From a virus (Duplodnaviria; Caudoviricetes), in the IMG/VR virus record IMGVR_UViG_3300037471_000583, positions 396-64,395 of that record: a stretch of DNA of 64,000 nucleotides; one strand, given 5' to 3'. The notes below the pieces were generated by a model. That model did no database searches, was not told the DNA's origin, and worked only from the letters and a program-made list of their open reading frames with translations. This document shows, in pieces, positions 25,512-35,041 of this stretch (the first letter of the stretch is position 1; every line of letters begins with the position of its first letter). A program made the position numbers and the translations under genes.

Positions 25512-26206
25512 CCGATCTCAACGCACTCTCCTATTGGTTTCCGAAGCTCGAGGCCGCCGGCCTGCCGGTACCGAAGACCGCCATCCTGCAGATGCCAGAG
25601 GCTGCCCAGCAGGACCAGTGGGCACTGTTCGACGGGCAGGAGGGACCAGGCGGAATGCCTGCGTTTGTAGAGGAGATCGCCGCCGCCGCCGAGCCGATCG
25701 GCTATCCGTTCTTCCTCCGTACTGATCACACGTCCGGGAAGCATAATTGGGAAAAGACGTGCTTCGTGCCGTCGAAGGAAAAGATCGCCGAGCATGTTTC
25801 GGAAATCGTGCTGTTCTCGGAAATGGCCGACTTCATGGGACTGCCTTGGACCACTTGGGCTGTCCGTGAAATGCTGCCGACCATTCCGCTTGGCACTTGC
25901 CCGCGCTACGGCAATATGCCGATCTGCCGGGAGTTCAGGTTCTTCGTCAAAGAAGGCGAGATCCAGTGCCATCACCCGTATTGGCCGCTGGCCGCGCTAC
26001 AAGACGGCCGTGCACCGGCTGATCTCGACTATGCCGAACTGTGCCGGATGCCTGACCCCGAGGCGCTCATGGACCTTGCAAGGCGGGCCGGCCGCGCGGT
26101 GCCTGGTCATTGGTCGATCGATATCCTCGAAACAAAACGTGGCTGGATGGTCACCGACATGGCCGAAGCTCGCCGCTCATTCCATTTGGAGGGATGCACG
26201 GCATGA
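25508..26206 (+). CDS. ATP-grasp fold protein
   Basis: GLPVPKT, GYPFFLRTDHTSGKH, EFRFFV, WSIDIL, VTDMAE. Confidence 0.7.
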   Translation: MTDLNALSYWFPKLEAAGLPVPKTAILQMPEAAQQDQWALFDGQEGPGGMPAFVEEIAAAAEPIGYPFFLRTDHTSGKHNWEKTCFVPSKEKIAEHVSEIVLFSEMADFMGLPWTTWAVREMLPTIPLGTCPRYGNMPICREFRFFVKEGEIQCHHPYWPLAALQDGRAPADLDYAELCRMPDPEALMDLARRAGRAVPGHWSIDILETKRGWMVTDMAEARRSFHLEGCTA

Positions 26207-26373
26207 CCGACCGTCCCGACCGTCCCGACTACTGCCACCGCTGCAAGCGTCACCTCACCAGGGCAGAGCAAATCGAGCACTGGTGTATATCGTGCAACGC
26301 TGTACCGGCATGCCGCCCACAGGTCGACCGCGGCACTGCTCGTCCCGATGTCGGGCAAGGGGAGACTGCCTGA
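26203..26373 (+). CDS. Small Cys protein
   Basis: CHRC..CISC; coupled. Confidence 0.5.
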   Translation: MTDRPDRPDYCHRCKRHLTRAEQIEHWCISCNAVPACRPQVDRGTARPDVGQGETA

Positions 26374-27051
26374 ATGCCAGCAGCATCCGCACGCGGGCTG
26401 TTCCGCGCCACCGGCAAGAAATCAAAGCCGGTCCACGTCCGTGATCTTGAAGGCAATATCGTTAAGGCCGATGCGCTGCAGCGCGAAGCTGATGAGTTCT
26501 ACCCGACTCCGTTCGAACCGATCCGCGCCTTTATCCACGCTGAGATAGACGAACTTCGCCGATTTCCTCGGATCTGGGGCCCGGCCTGCGGCACTGGTGT
26601 TATCGGACGTGAGCTTCGCGCCGTCGGTATCGAAACGTTCGACAGCGATCTGATTGACCGCGGTTGCGGTGCAGAGATCAAGGATTTCTACGATTACCGC
26701 GCCGCGCCGGCCAAGGCGATAGTCGAGAATCCTCCCTTCGCGGAATGCGGCTGGGGCAATGGCAAAGCTCGCTGGCTCAAGCATGCGCTGCAAACGCTGG
26801 ACGTCGAATACATGGCGCTCCTCATGAATTGGGGATGGCCGGGCGCTGGCGGACTCGGTCCCTTCTATGCGCAGTTCCCGCCCGCCCGCGTCTACCTCAT
26901 GCGGTGGAAGATCGATTTCACCGGGCAAGGTGCGCCTCCGATGCTGAACGGATGGTTCGTCTGGGACCGCAAGTGGCAGGGCGAAACTGTTCTTCGCATG
27001 CTCGATCGCAAGGATGCTCGGCAGGGTGAGTTGTTTGGAGATGCGGCATGA
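26374..27051 (+). CDS. SAM-dependent amino-methyltransferase (probably N6-adenine)
   Basis: DEFYPTP, WGPACGTG, ENPPF, IDFTG.GAP. Confidence 0.8.
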   Translation: MPAASARGLFRATGKKSKPVHVRDLEGNIVKADALQREADEFYPTPFEPIRAFIHAEIDELRRFPRIWGPACGTGVIGRELRAVGIETFDSDLIDRGCGAEIKDFYDYRAAPAKAIVENPPFAECGWGNGKARWLKHALQTLDVEYMALLMNWGWPGAGGLGPFYAQFPPARVYLMRWKIDFTGQGAPPMLNGWFVWDRKWQGETVLRMLDRKDARQGELFGDAA

Positions 27052-28262
27052 CGGTTCGCATCATCAACGGCGACTGCCGTGACGTGCTCAAGACGCTGCC
27101 GAGCGAGAGTGTTCACTGTGTGGTGACGTCGCCTCCGTATTTCGGACTCCGCGACTACGGCGTTGATGGGCAGATCGGGCTTGAGCCTACGCCAGATGAA
27201 TTTGTGGCTGCTATGGTCGACGTCTTCACCGAAGTTAGGCGTGTGCTTCGCGCCGACGGGACGCTGTGGCTCAACCTGGGTGACTCCTATGCTGGTTCCT
27301 GGGGCGCGCAAGGCAGACAAGGCGCGACAGGGCAGATGGCTGATCGTTCTGTTTCTCGGGTTCGTGAAAAGTCAAAGCTCTCGGCTGCACAGATTGCTGC
27401 TCATCCTCAGAAGATGTCGCGGACCGGTTCAATCCGGCAGCCGGGGTTGAAGCCGAAGGATCTGATCGGCATCCCATGGCGTGTTGCTTTCGCCCTGCAA
27501 GCGGACGGATGGTATCTGCGACAGGACATCGTTTGGCATAAGCCAAACCCGATGCCGGAGAGCGTTCAGGATCGCTGCACGAAGGCACATGAATATCTTT
27601 TTCTCCTCAGCAAGAGCGAGCGGTACTTCTACGATGCCGATGCGATTGCGGAGCCTCAAGTTTCTGACCATGTTGCTGGCAATCACTCGCACAAAGGGAC
27701 AGAAGCATACAATGCCGGAGCGACCGAGCATCGGACGAAAGCGGGCCTAGTTGAATTTGCCCAACGCACACGGAAGCAATCCATAAGGGCTTTGGATCTC
27801 GCGAAGCAGCATGGTCTGACCGAGAAGCATATCGCCGCCATTCGCGCAGTCGGCATCACGGACGCTGGCAAAGCTCAAATCACCCAAGATGGATTCGGCA
27901 AGAATGATCCTCATATTCAAGCCCTAGCCGATGAAGCGAAGGCAGCGCTTGGCGGATATTATCGCGAGTTCCTGATTTCTGAGAAGCGCAACAAGCGTTC
28001 CGTTTGGACCGTCGCGACAATGCCTTTCAAGGAGGCTCACTTCGCTACATTCCCGCCCGCGCTGATCGAGCCATGCATTCTCGCTGGTAGCCCGGCGGGC
28101 GGCACTGTCCTAGATCCATTTGGCGGCGCCGGAACAACCGGCCTCGTGGCCGATCGCCTCCAGCGCAACGCGATCCTGATCGAACTGAATCCGGAATACG
28201 CCGACATGGCAGAGCGCCGGATTTTCAATGATGCCCCGCTTTTGGCAGGAGATGCGGCATGA
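27048..28262 (+). CDS. DNA methyltransferase, N6/N4 family (beta arrangement), with an internal insertion
   Basis: VVTSPPY, LWLNLGD, WHKPNPMPES, HFATFP, VLDPFGGAGTT. Confidence 0.9.
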   Translation: MTVRIINGDCRDVLKTLPSESVHCVVTSPPYFGLRDYGVDGQIGLEPTPDEFVAAMVDVFTEVRRVLRADGTLWLNLGDSYAGSWGAQGRQGATGQMADRSVSRVREKSKLSAAQIAAHPQKMSRTGSIRQPGLKPKDLIGIPWRVAFALQADGWYLRQDIVWHKPNPMPESVQDRCTKAHEYLFLLSKSERYFYDADAIAEPQVSDHVAGNHSHKGTEAYNAGATEHRTKAGLVEFAQRTRKQSIRALDLAKQHGLTEKHIAAIRAVGITDAGKAQITQDGFGKNDPHIQALADEAKAALGGYYREFLISEKRNKRSVWTVATMPFKEAHFATFPPALIEPCILAGSPAGGTVLDPFGGAGTTGLVADRLQRNAILIELNPEYADMAERRIFNDAPLLAGDAA

Positions 28263-28335
28263 ACATGGCCCACGACAGACGTATCTCCGCCATGGCTGGA
28301 GCCCGCGATAATCCGTTTCAACGCATAGGTGGCCG

Positions 28336-29835
28336 ATGACCAAAAGAAAGAACGATAGCACACTCTTGGCCGGCGGAGACGAGCCGCCGCCGTTCCGCGA
28401 GTTACCGAACAATATTGAGCTTGAGCAACAACTCATCGGCTCGATCTTGGTCAACAACTCCGCGATTGATCGTGTCCCGAATGTGTTCGGTCCTCAGCAT
28501 TTTCATGAGCCATTGCACCGTCGTATTTTCGAGGTGGCGCGCGACATCATCCGGACAGGCAAGATCGCAAACCCGGTTACGATCAAGACATTCCTCCCGT
28601 CTGATGAAAAGGTCGGCGACATGACGGTGTCGCAATACATGGCCGTGTGCGCCGGATCAGCCGCATCGGTCCTCATGGCCAGAGAATATGCTGAGCAGCT
28701 TATCCTCCTGTCGGTCGGCCGGGACACCATTGGTTTCGGCGAACAGGCAATCGAAGTTGGGTTCAACGTTTCGAGCATGGGCGAGGAGACGACATATCTT
28801 GACCAGGCCGAGGAACTTCGAACCAGACTGGACAACCTCATCATGGTGGCGCGCGGCGAGGAACATCACCGCCGCACGCTCGCCGAGGCCACCGATCAAG
28901 CGCTAGGCCTTACAGCGGATGCAATGTCAGGCAAAGGCGTGGTCGGGATCGATCACGGCTTCGCACCGTTGATGTCATTGATCGGGCCGCTCATTCCCGG
29001 TCATCTCATCGTTGTTGGCGGCGCAACAAAGCAGGGTAAATCAAGTCTCATCGAACAAATCATTGCCGGTGCTGCCATCAATGGCCACCATGTCTGGGTC
29101 TATTCCGGCGAGATGTCCGCCCAAGAGCTTGCAGCTCGTGCACTTTCCCGCCTCACAGACATCCAAGCGTGGCGGCAGGTGCAAGGTCGGATATCGGAGC
29201 CAGAATACGACAAACTGTTCTCAGCGGGCCGCTCTGCCCGAAAGTGGATGGATCACATCCACGTCGAGGATAAGTCGATGACGCTGTCGCAAATCGATCG
29301 CGAGATTGTCCGGTTCAAGAAACGCTATCCTTCCTGCTTGGCGGTGGTCGACCATGTCGGCCTTGTCGAGCGCGACAAGAATTCCTTCCGGATGTCTGAG
29401 GCCGAGTTTGGGCCGGTGGCGACACAGTCATTGAAGATGACCGCCAGGAAATCCGAGGTGCCAATCCTTGCGGCGGCGCAGCTGAAGAAAAACACTTTTG
29501 TCCAAGAGGGCCGTACCACAAAGGACACGTTCTTTCAGGCAATCAGTCGGCGGCCGAAATACACCGACCTTATCGGCGCCTGTGAGAAGGATGCCAACCA
29601 CGTCATCATACCGTTCCGAGCAGAGCCGATCTTGCAGGAGCTTGAGCCCGCGGAAAACAGCGACCTTCACCCGGCGTGGGAAGATGTCATGGATCGGGTG
29701 CGCGGCAAGGCCGAAATCAGACTCGCGCTGTCTCGCCACCGGAACTGGCCGCAGTCGCGCGAAGTGGTCTGGAATGGTCCGCGGACTTCGTTCGAAGAGA
29801 AGGCGCAATCAGATCAGACGAGGATGCCGGTATGA
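28336..29835 (+). CDS. dnaB: DnaB-like replicative helicase
   Basis: LPNNIELEQ.LIG N-domain, GGATKQGKS Walker A, SGEMS, VVDHVGL, AAAQL. Confidence 0.85.
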   Translation: MTKRKNDSTLLAGGDEPPPFRELPNNIELEQQLIGSILVNNSAIDRVPNVFGPQHFHEPLHRRIFEVARDIIRTGKIANPVTIKTFLPSDEKVGDMTVSQYMAVCAGSAASVLMAREYAEQLILLSVGRDTIGFGEQAIEVGFNVSSMGEETTYLDQAEELRTRLDNLIMVARGEEHHRRTLAEATDQALGLTADAMSGKGVVGIDHGFAPLMSLIGPLIPGHLIVVGGATKQGKSSLIEQIIAGAAINGHHVWVYSGEMSAQELAARALSRLTDIQAWRQVQGRISEPEYDKLFSAGRSARKWMDHIHVEDKSMTLSQIDREIVRFKKRYPSCLAVVDHVGLVERDKNSFRMSEAEFGPVATQSLKMTARKSEVPILAAAQLKKNTFVQEGRTTKDTFFQAISRRPKYTDLIGACEKDANHVIIPFRAEPILQELEPAENSDLHPAWEDVMDRVRGKAEIRLALSRHRNWPQSREVVWNGPRTSFEEKAQSDQTRMPV

Positions 29836-29983
29836 CCCACTATCTCGCAAAAAGGACCGCTGTCGTTCCGGTGTTGGTTCGTATCCGGTCGAAGCGGTCC
29901 ATCTCAAAAGGCTCGGTCGGCGAGACTTGGCCCGGCGCGAATCGTAGCACGGTTCGTGGGGCGCGTGAATCGGGGAGGTTGGC

Positions 29984-30430
29984 ATGACCGACGAACCGAT
30001 CGAAGAACAACCGTACATCGGCGGCGTCACTGTGGTGGATATCGGCGATCTCCGTGTCGCTCGAGGAATGACGCGCCGTCCATTCTCATCCTGTCGGCAC
30101 GCCAGCCTAAACTACGATCCGAAAGAACGCCGCATATGGTGCAAGGACTGCGAAAAAGACGTCGAAGCATTCGATGCCTTCACCGCCTTGGTCGAGCAAT
30201 ACGACCGCGCTTACAAGCACATAACCAAGCGCATTCAGGAAGTAGATGAGGCCGCCCGATTCCAATGCCGGCTGATCGCGACGAAGACGATTGAGGAGGC
30301 ATGGAGGTCGAGGAAGATGGTGCCGGCCTGCCCGAGTTGCGGCAACGGACTGTTCCCTGAAGACTTCAAGACACGGCCGACCATGCTTGGCAGGAACTTC
30401 GCAATGGCAAGGCGGGGGAAGGTGAAATGA
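29984..30430 (+). CDS. Conserved Zn-binding hypothetical protein
   Basis: CRH, CKDC, CPSC. Confidence 0.7.
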   Translation: MTDEPIEEQPYIGGVTVVDIGDLRVARGMTRRPFSSCRHASLNYDPKERRIWCKDCEKDVEAFDAFTALVEQYDRAYKHITKRIQEVDEAARFQCRLIATKTIEEAWRSRKMVPACPSCGNGLFPEDFKTRPTMLGRNFAMARRGKVK

Positions 30431-30723
30431 ACGATCGCTACGATTTCGGAGCGTTGCAAATCGAAACTGGCTGGCTGGCCTATTACCAGTTAGCTCATCG
30501 GCCGCAGCGCTACTACGTGACGGACAACGGTGACCGAGTGGTGTTTGCCGTCGAACAGGAGGCCAGAGAAGCCGCTCAGAAGCGGTTTATATCCGCGCTG
30601 AACCGATCCCTCATCGGCGGTGTGATCTCTGTCGTCGCGGCCGACAAGCCAGCAGCAAAGGCAGCGGCCGAGCGGCTGTTCAGGAATGGTCGCATCATTC
30701 CGGTCGAAAGGATATCGGCATGA
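30427..30723 (+). CDS. Hypothetical protein
   Basis: Coupled ORF. Confidence 0.6.
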   Translation: MNDRYDFGALQIETGWLAYYQLAHRPQRYYVTDNGDRVVFAVEQEAREAAQKRFISALNRSLIGGVISVVAADKPAAKAAAERLFRNGRIIPVERISA

Positions 30724-31232
30724 CCAATTTCCCAAAACTCTATCTCGACCTTGATGGCGTCATGGCCGACTTCGATGCGCACTTCCCGGCGACATTCGGA
30801 CTTGATCATCGCTCGCTCGCCGACGACGCCATGTGGGCCACCATCAACGCCCATCCGTCCTATTTCCGCGACATGCCGCCATGCGACGGCGCCAAGGCTT
30901 TTTTCGACAATATCTCGTGGATGGACCCGATCATCCTCACCGCCTGCCCCCGGACCAATTATGCCAACGCGGCGCGGCAGAAGCGGGCATGGGTACGTGA
31001 GCACCTATCTACCTCCTGCATGGTTCTCCCCGTCATGGGCGGCCGCAATAAGCCGCTGTTCATGCATGCGCCTGGCGACATCCTTATCGACGATTTCGAG
31101 CGAAACATTCTGGTCTGGCAGGAGGACGGTGGCCGCGGAATTCTGCACCGCGATTTCGCGACGACGCGGGAGGCGCTGGATAGGCTGTTGAGGCCGGCTC
31201 TTGATGCCGCCGAAGCGAGGGCGATGGCATGA
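30720..31232 (+). CDS. HAD-family 5'(3')-deoxyribonucleotidase-like protein
   Basis: LYLDLDGVMADF, ILTA, ILIDD, GILH. Confidence 0.8.
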   Translation: MTNFPKLYLDLDGVMADFDAHFPATFGLDHRSLADDAMWATINAHPSYFRDMPPCDGAKAFFDNISWMDPIILTACPRTNYANAARQKRAWVREHLSTSCMVLPVMGGRNKPLFMHAPGDILIDDFERNILVWQEDGGRGILHRDFATTREALDRLLRPALDAAEARAMA

Positions 31233-31984
31233 AACTGATGAAGGGAAGCGAACCATCGTTCATGACCGCAGCCGAGGCGGCCCAGCGGAAAGGCTACGCG
31301 GCACAGTCGGAACTCGCGTTGCGCGACGGCCTTGAACTGATCCTGCGCCAGCGGTTGCCAGAGGCGCGTGTCGTCCACGAGCTCGTGATGGGTGCCCGTG
31401 AGGTCCGCGCCGACGTGGTCGCCATCGCCCCGGCCCACATCGCCGCCGTCGAGGTCAAGGGTGCCTATGACAACGTGACCCGGCTCATGCACCAGGTCGG
31501 GATGTTTCAGCTTTGCGTCCCAGAGGTCTGGATATGCTGCGCCAAGGAACACGCCGAAGACGCGCGACTGATCAGGCATCTGCTGCCCAGCGTCGGCCTG
31601 ATCGTCGGCGCCAATCTCGACAAGCATTATCATCGCGGCGAAACGGTCAAGCCGCTCGAGCTCGAAATCGAAGCCGAGCCGCAGCCACGCGCCGTCGTGC
31701 CAGAGATGATGCTCGAAATGCTGTGGGCGGAAGAACTGCGATCGGCATGCCACACGTTGAAAATCTCTGTCACGGCGACAACAACCCGGCCGCGCTGCAT
31801 CGCCGCGCTGCTTGAACTGGCAAAGCCGGAAGAACTGATCGCGGTGACGTGCCAGCAATTGCGGGCCAGAGATGCGCTATGGCGCGCCGATGATCCGATC
31901 CTCCGCGGCAACCGCCAACGCGCCGTGGCCGAACTGGAGGCGAGCCATGGTGGTGAACTGTTCAGCGAAGGAGCGGAGGCATGA
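31229..31984 (+). CDS. PD-(D/E)XK nuclease (MmcB/sce7726-like)
   Basis: VHEL, RADVV, VEVKG..D...RL..Q. Confidence 0.65.
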   Translation: MKLMKGSEPSFMTAAEAAQRKGYAAQSELALRDGLELILRQRLPEARVVHELVMGAREVRADVVAIAPAHIAAVEVKGAYDNVTRLMHQVGMFQLCVPEVWICCAKEHAEDARLIRHLLPSVGLIVGANLDKHYHRGETVKPLELEIEAEPQPRAVVPEMMLEMLWAEELRSACHTLKISVTATTTRPRCIAALLELAKPEELIAVTCQQLRARDALWRADDPILRGNRQRAVAELEASHGGELFSEGAEA

Positions 31985-32259
31985 CCGAGCAGCAAATTAC
32001 CGAAGCCTCGAAGATGTGGAAATCCGGCTATTCTGGACGAGAGATCGCGGCTCATTTCGGCATCGCGCACGGAGCATTCAACTGGCTGGCTAGATCGCGG
32101 CGAGACCAGTTTCCGTTCCGAGCCAAGCGTGGGCCGCAGGTAAAATACGCGATCCGCGAAACACCCTCAGCATATCTTACGATGGTGTGGACGACTGAAT
32201 TCGCCGCCAAGGTCACGTTGCCGGCGATCAGCTTCCTGATGGACAGGGAGGCGGCGTGA
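31981..32259 (+). CDS. HTH-containing protein
   Basis: WKSGYSGREIAAHFG. Confidence 0.6.
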   Translation: MTEQQITEASKMWKSGYSGREIAAHFGIAHGAFNWLARSRRDQFPFRAKRGPQVKYAIRETPSAYLTMVWTTEFAAKVTLPAISFLMDREAA

Positions 32260-32468
32260 TGCAGGTAGATCGTCCTTCACCGGAATACGCATGGCATGAC
32301 TTCCTGAGGCCGCAGGAGCGCAGGGAGGTTGCGGCCCTATCCAAGCGCCGTGACGAGGCGAGGGCCGTGCTGGCGAGCCTCTCTGAGGAACTGACAACTA
32401 TCCGCCAACGGGCCATCATGCGGGTGCGGGGTGTCAAGAGCAAGCGGGAGAGGGCGGCCGGGATATGA
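32256..32468 (+). CDS. Hypothetical helical protein
   Basis: Coupled ORF. Confidence 0.55.
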   Translation: MMQVDRPSPEYAWHDFLRPQERREVAALSKRRDEARAVLASLSEELTTIRQRAIMRVRGVKSKRERAAGI

Positions 32469-33364
32469 TTGACGCGCCCGCAAAGCCGGAATGGGTCGGT
32501 GGCCTTGCAGAATGGACGGATGGAGACACCGCCTATCTGTCGGTCGCGTTCACGTGGAAGCTGGACGATGCATATCAGCGCGCAATCTATTGGAAGGCGC
32601 TTGGCTACAAGGTCCGTGCTGGCGGGCCGGGCATCTTCACGAGAAAGCATTTCCTCGCCGATGTGGCGGAGATTGGCGGCGATATCCCTGACGCAGTCTC
32701 ACGCCACAATCCCTCGGCCACAGTCGCGAGCCGCGGCTGCCCCGTCGGATGCTGGTTCTGCATCGTGCCTAAGATGGAAGGCAAGCAATTTACGCTGCTG
32801 CCTGAATTCCCGGTGCGGCCGATCCTATGCGACAACAACCTTTCCGGTCTTCCGGCGGACTACCAAGACTTCATTGTCAGTCGCTATATCGGCCAGGGCG
32901 TTCAACTGATCGATGCGAATTCGGGATTCGAGCCGAGGACATTTGACGAGGATGTCTTCCATCGCTGGAGCGCGATCAACCGTGGACCTTGGCGCTTCGC
33001 ATACGACGACCAGGAAGAGCGCTCGTATGTCGAGCTGGTCATGAAAATGCTCAAGGATGTCTCGCCGCGCCGGAAACGGGTCTATGTCCTGATCGGCAAC
33101 GAACCGTTCGCATCGTGCATGGATCGTATCCGCGAGGTGATCGCGTGGGGCGGCGAGCCCCACGTTCAGCCCTACGTCAAGCTCAATGCGCTGGAGCGGA
33201 AGCCATATCCTCGCTTTGATTGGAATGAGCAGTTGCTACGCGATGTCGCCCGCTGGGCGAACTCACCCCAGATTTGGCGCAAGACGCCTTTTGAGCGATA
33301 TCGCCGATCGGTGAAAACCTCTCGCGCCGAGCGCTATGACGAACAGCAGGGGCTTTTCCTATGA
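32465..33364 (+). CDS. Radical SAM protein
   Basis: SRGCPVGCWFC (CxxxCxxC), LCDNN, SGFEPR, FAYD, VYVLIG. Confidence 0.88.
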   Translation: MIDAPAKPEWVGGLAEWTDGDTAYLSVAFTWKLDDAYQRAIYWKALGYKVRAGGPGIFTRKHFLADVAEIGGDIPDAVSRHNPSATVASRGCPVGCWFCIVPKMEGKQFTLLPEFPVRPILCDNNLSGLPADYQDFIVSRYIGQGVQLIDANSGFEPRTFDEDVFHRWSAINRGPWRFAYDDQEERSYVELVMKMLKDVSPRRKRVYVLIGNEPFASCMDRIREVIAWGGEPHVQPYVKLNALERKPYPRFDWNEQLLRDVARWANSPQIWRKTPFERYRRSVKTSRAERYDEQQGLFL

Positions 33365-33549
33365 TCACCGACGACAAAATCATCCGCGCCTATCTGCAAG
33401 CCGCCCACGACCGCGGCGGCAGCTTTCAAATGGCCATGGGCATGATGGTGAACCGGATCATGGTGCTTGAGGACCGGCTTACCAGGCGCGGAGTGTCTTT
33501 CGAGCCCGACGAGATCGTGGCGAAGTGGGAGAAGGCGGACGGGATATGA
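33361..33549 (+). CDS. Hypothetical protein
   Basis: Coupled ORF. Confidence 0.5.
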   Translation: MITDDKIIRAYLQAAHDRGGSFQMAMGMMVNRIMVLEDRLTRRGVSFEPDEIVAKWEKADGI

Positions 33550-33752
33550 TCGATATCACGCAGGAAGAAATTGATTTCCTCCGTGCGGCTCACAAGGGAG
33601 CCGAGCGCGTCTTGTGGCTAATTTCCGGACGATCGTCCACAGACCAAATCATGCGCGAATCCGGACTTGGTGTCGATCCGTCTCAAATCCTCGCAAGAGC
33701 ATGGCTGGAAAAGTATTCCACCTTCGTTGCCGAGGGGAAATCGCTACTATGA
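33546..33752 (+). CDS. Hypothetical protein
   Basis: Coupled ORF. Confidence 0.5.
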   Translation: MIDITQEEIDFLRAAHKGAERVLWLISGRSSTDQIMRESGLGVDPSQILARAWLEKYSTFVAEGKSLL

Positions 33753-33961
33753 TCTCCCTCAAGCAACAAGAACTGGACAGGGCATTCCTCGACGGCGCAT
33801 CGGCCGCTAACGACGCCATAAGCCAAGCGCTCCGCGGCGAACTGTCGGCCGGCCAGATAAACCGGGTGTCTCAGGCCATCTATGACATGCTGGTCGACCG
33901 TATCGGCATGGAAAGGCTGGAGGCGTTGGACTTTGAATATGGGAGGAAGGTGCAGGGATGA
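33749..33961 (+). CDS. Hypothetical protein
   Basis: Coupled ORF starting MISLKQQ. Confidence 0.5.
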   Translation: MISLKQQELDRAFLDGASAANDAISQALRGELSAGQINRVSQAIYDMLVDRIGMERLEALDFEYGRKVQG

Positions 33962-34377
33962 GCAAGGGCAGGCTCGACGCGATCCTAGACGGGCTCGGCA
34001 TCAAGTTGGTGCCGATCTACCGTCGCCGCGCGGCCGCCCAAAGCCATGCTCGAGGAACCATGTGGGAAATCCTCAACGAGTATGGATCCGGACATCTCGT
34101 CTTCACCCTGCGCTGCATCAAGCAGACCCGCAATAATCGTGACGAACTCTGGAGCGAGACAATCGGCGCGATCTCGGATATCCTCGCACAGCGCCAAGAT
34201 TGGGCTATGGAACGCGCTGGAGAGGTTCTTACGGCCTTTGATGATATCCCCCTCGGCGTCCTCCGCGGCAAAGCTGTCGCGCGCCGCCCGTGGCCGGTCC
34301 GCCATTCCCTTCGCGTCTTAGTCTATGAAGAACTGGAGAAACGCCTTGATGTGCCTGAGCAGCGCCTTGCGGTTTGA
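33958..34377 (+). CDS. Conserved hypothetical protein
   Basis: Coupled 139-aa ORF. Confidence 0.65.
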   Translation: MSKGRLDAILDGLGIKLVPIYRRRAAAQSHARGTMWEILNEYGSGHLVFTLRCIKQTRNNRDELWSETIGAISDILAQRQDWAMERAGEVLTAFDDIPLGVLRGKAVARRPWPVRHSLRVLVYEELEKRLDVPEQRLAV

Positions 34378-35041
34378 CGAAGATATTACCGAGGAAGCGG
34401 CGTGCATCGCCGATCTCGTGCCAATCGTGCGGGCTCGCTTTGTCGAGGCGGCCGATACGATGTTACATATCGAGGTACGGAACGTCCGGCCTGGCCAGCC
34501 ACGGTCATTCTGGCCCGAAATGCAGCCGGAGCCCATGGACGAAATAGAAATCATCGTCCGTCACCGGCCAGCGGCAACAGCGATTTCCAGGGCTGAGGAA
34601 GTGCTCTATGGTTGGCTGCCGGATGTGCCGAAGGATGGCGACCGCATCTTACTCGGCAAATGGTCGCTCGCCCTTGCCGCGCCGCATATCTTCGGTTCGT
34701 TCCGAGAATACTGCTCGAAAAAGCGCCTCATTCGTAGGACAGCCGAGCGTCACATACTCCGTGAATTCCAGCGTGTCGCCGAGCGCGCAATTAAATTCTC
34801 TCAATCGTTACAAGAGCCTGACTGGTCTAGGGTGTCGCCAATGATGCCGAATTCGGATACTGATTTCGATATTGTCAGGCGTCCTGTCGAAAGGCACGAA
34901 GGCTTCGATCTCATGGTCAAGCCGACATACGACGCCAAGGACCCAGCCGACGTGCGAGAGCGCGCGGAACTCATCAAGCGGCTCGAAAAAGCCAACCGCC
35001 GGCGCGCCCACGGAAAGAAGCGCCAAACGGCAGCAGCATAA
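34349..35041 (+). CDS. Putative late-gene regulator (Q position, DUF6362-like)
   Basis: RFVEAADTM, SFWPE, AISRAEEVLYGWL; last gene before the tRNA and late region. Confidence 0.55.
   Translation: MCLSSALRFDEDITEEAACIADLVPIVRARFVEAADTMLHIEVRNVRPGQPRSFWPEMQPEPMDEIEIIVRHRPAATAISRAEEVLYGWLPDVPKDGDRILLGKWSLALAAPHIFGSFREYCSKKRLIRRTAERHILREFQRVAERAIKFSQSLQEPDWSRVSPMMPNSDTDFDIVRRPVERHEGFDLMVKPTYDAKDPADVRERAELIKRLEKANRRRAHGKKRQTAAA

Noticed and set aside
27660-27990. Intein in the methyltransferase
   Set aside because: Lacks the N-terminal Cys/Ser and C-terminal His-Asn splice residues.
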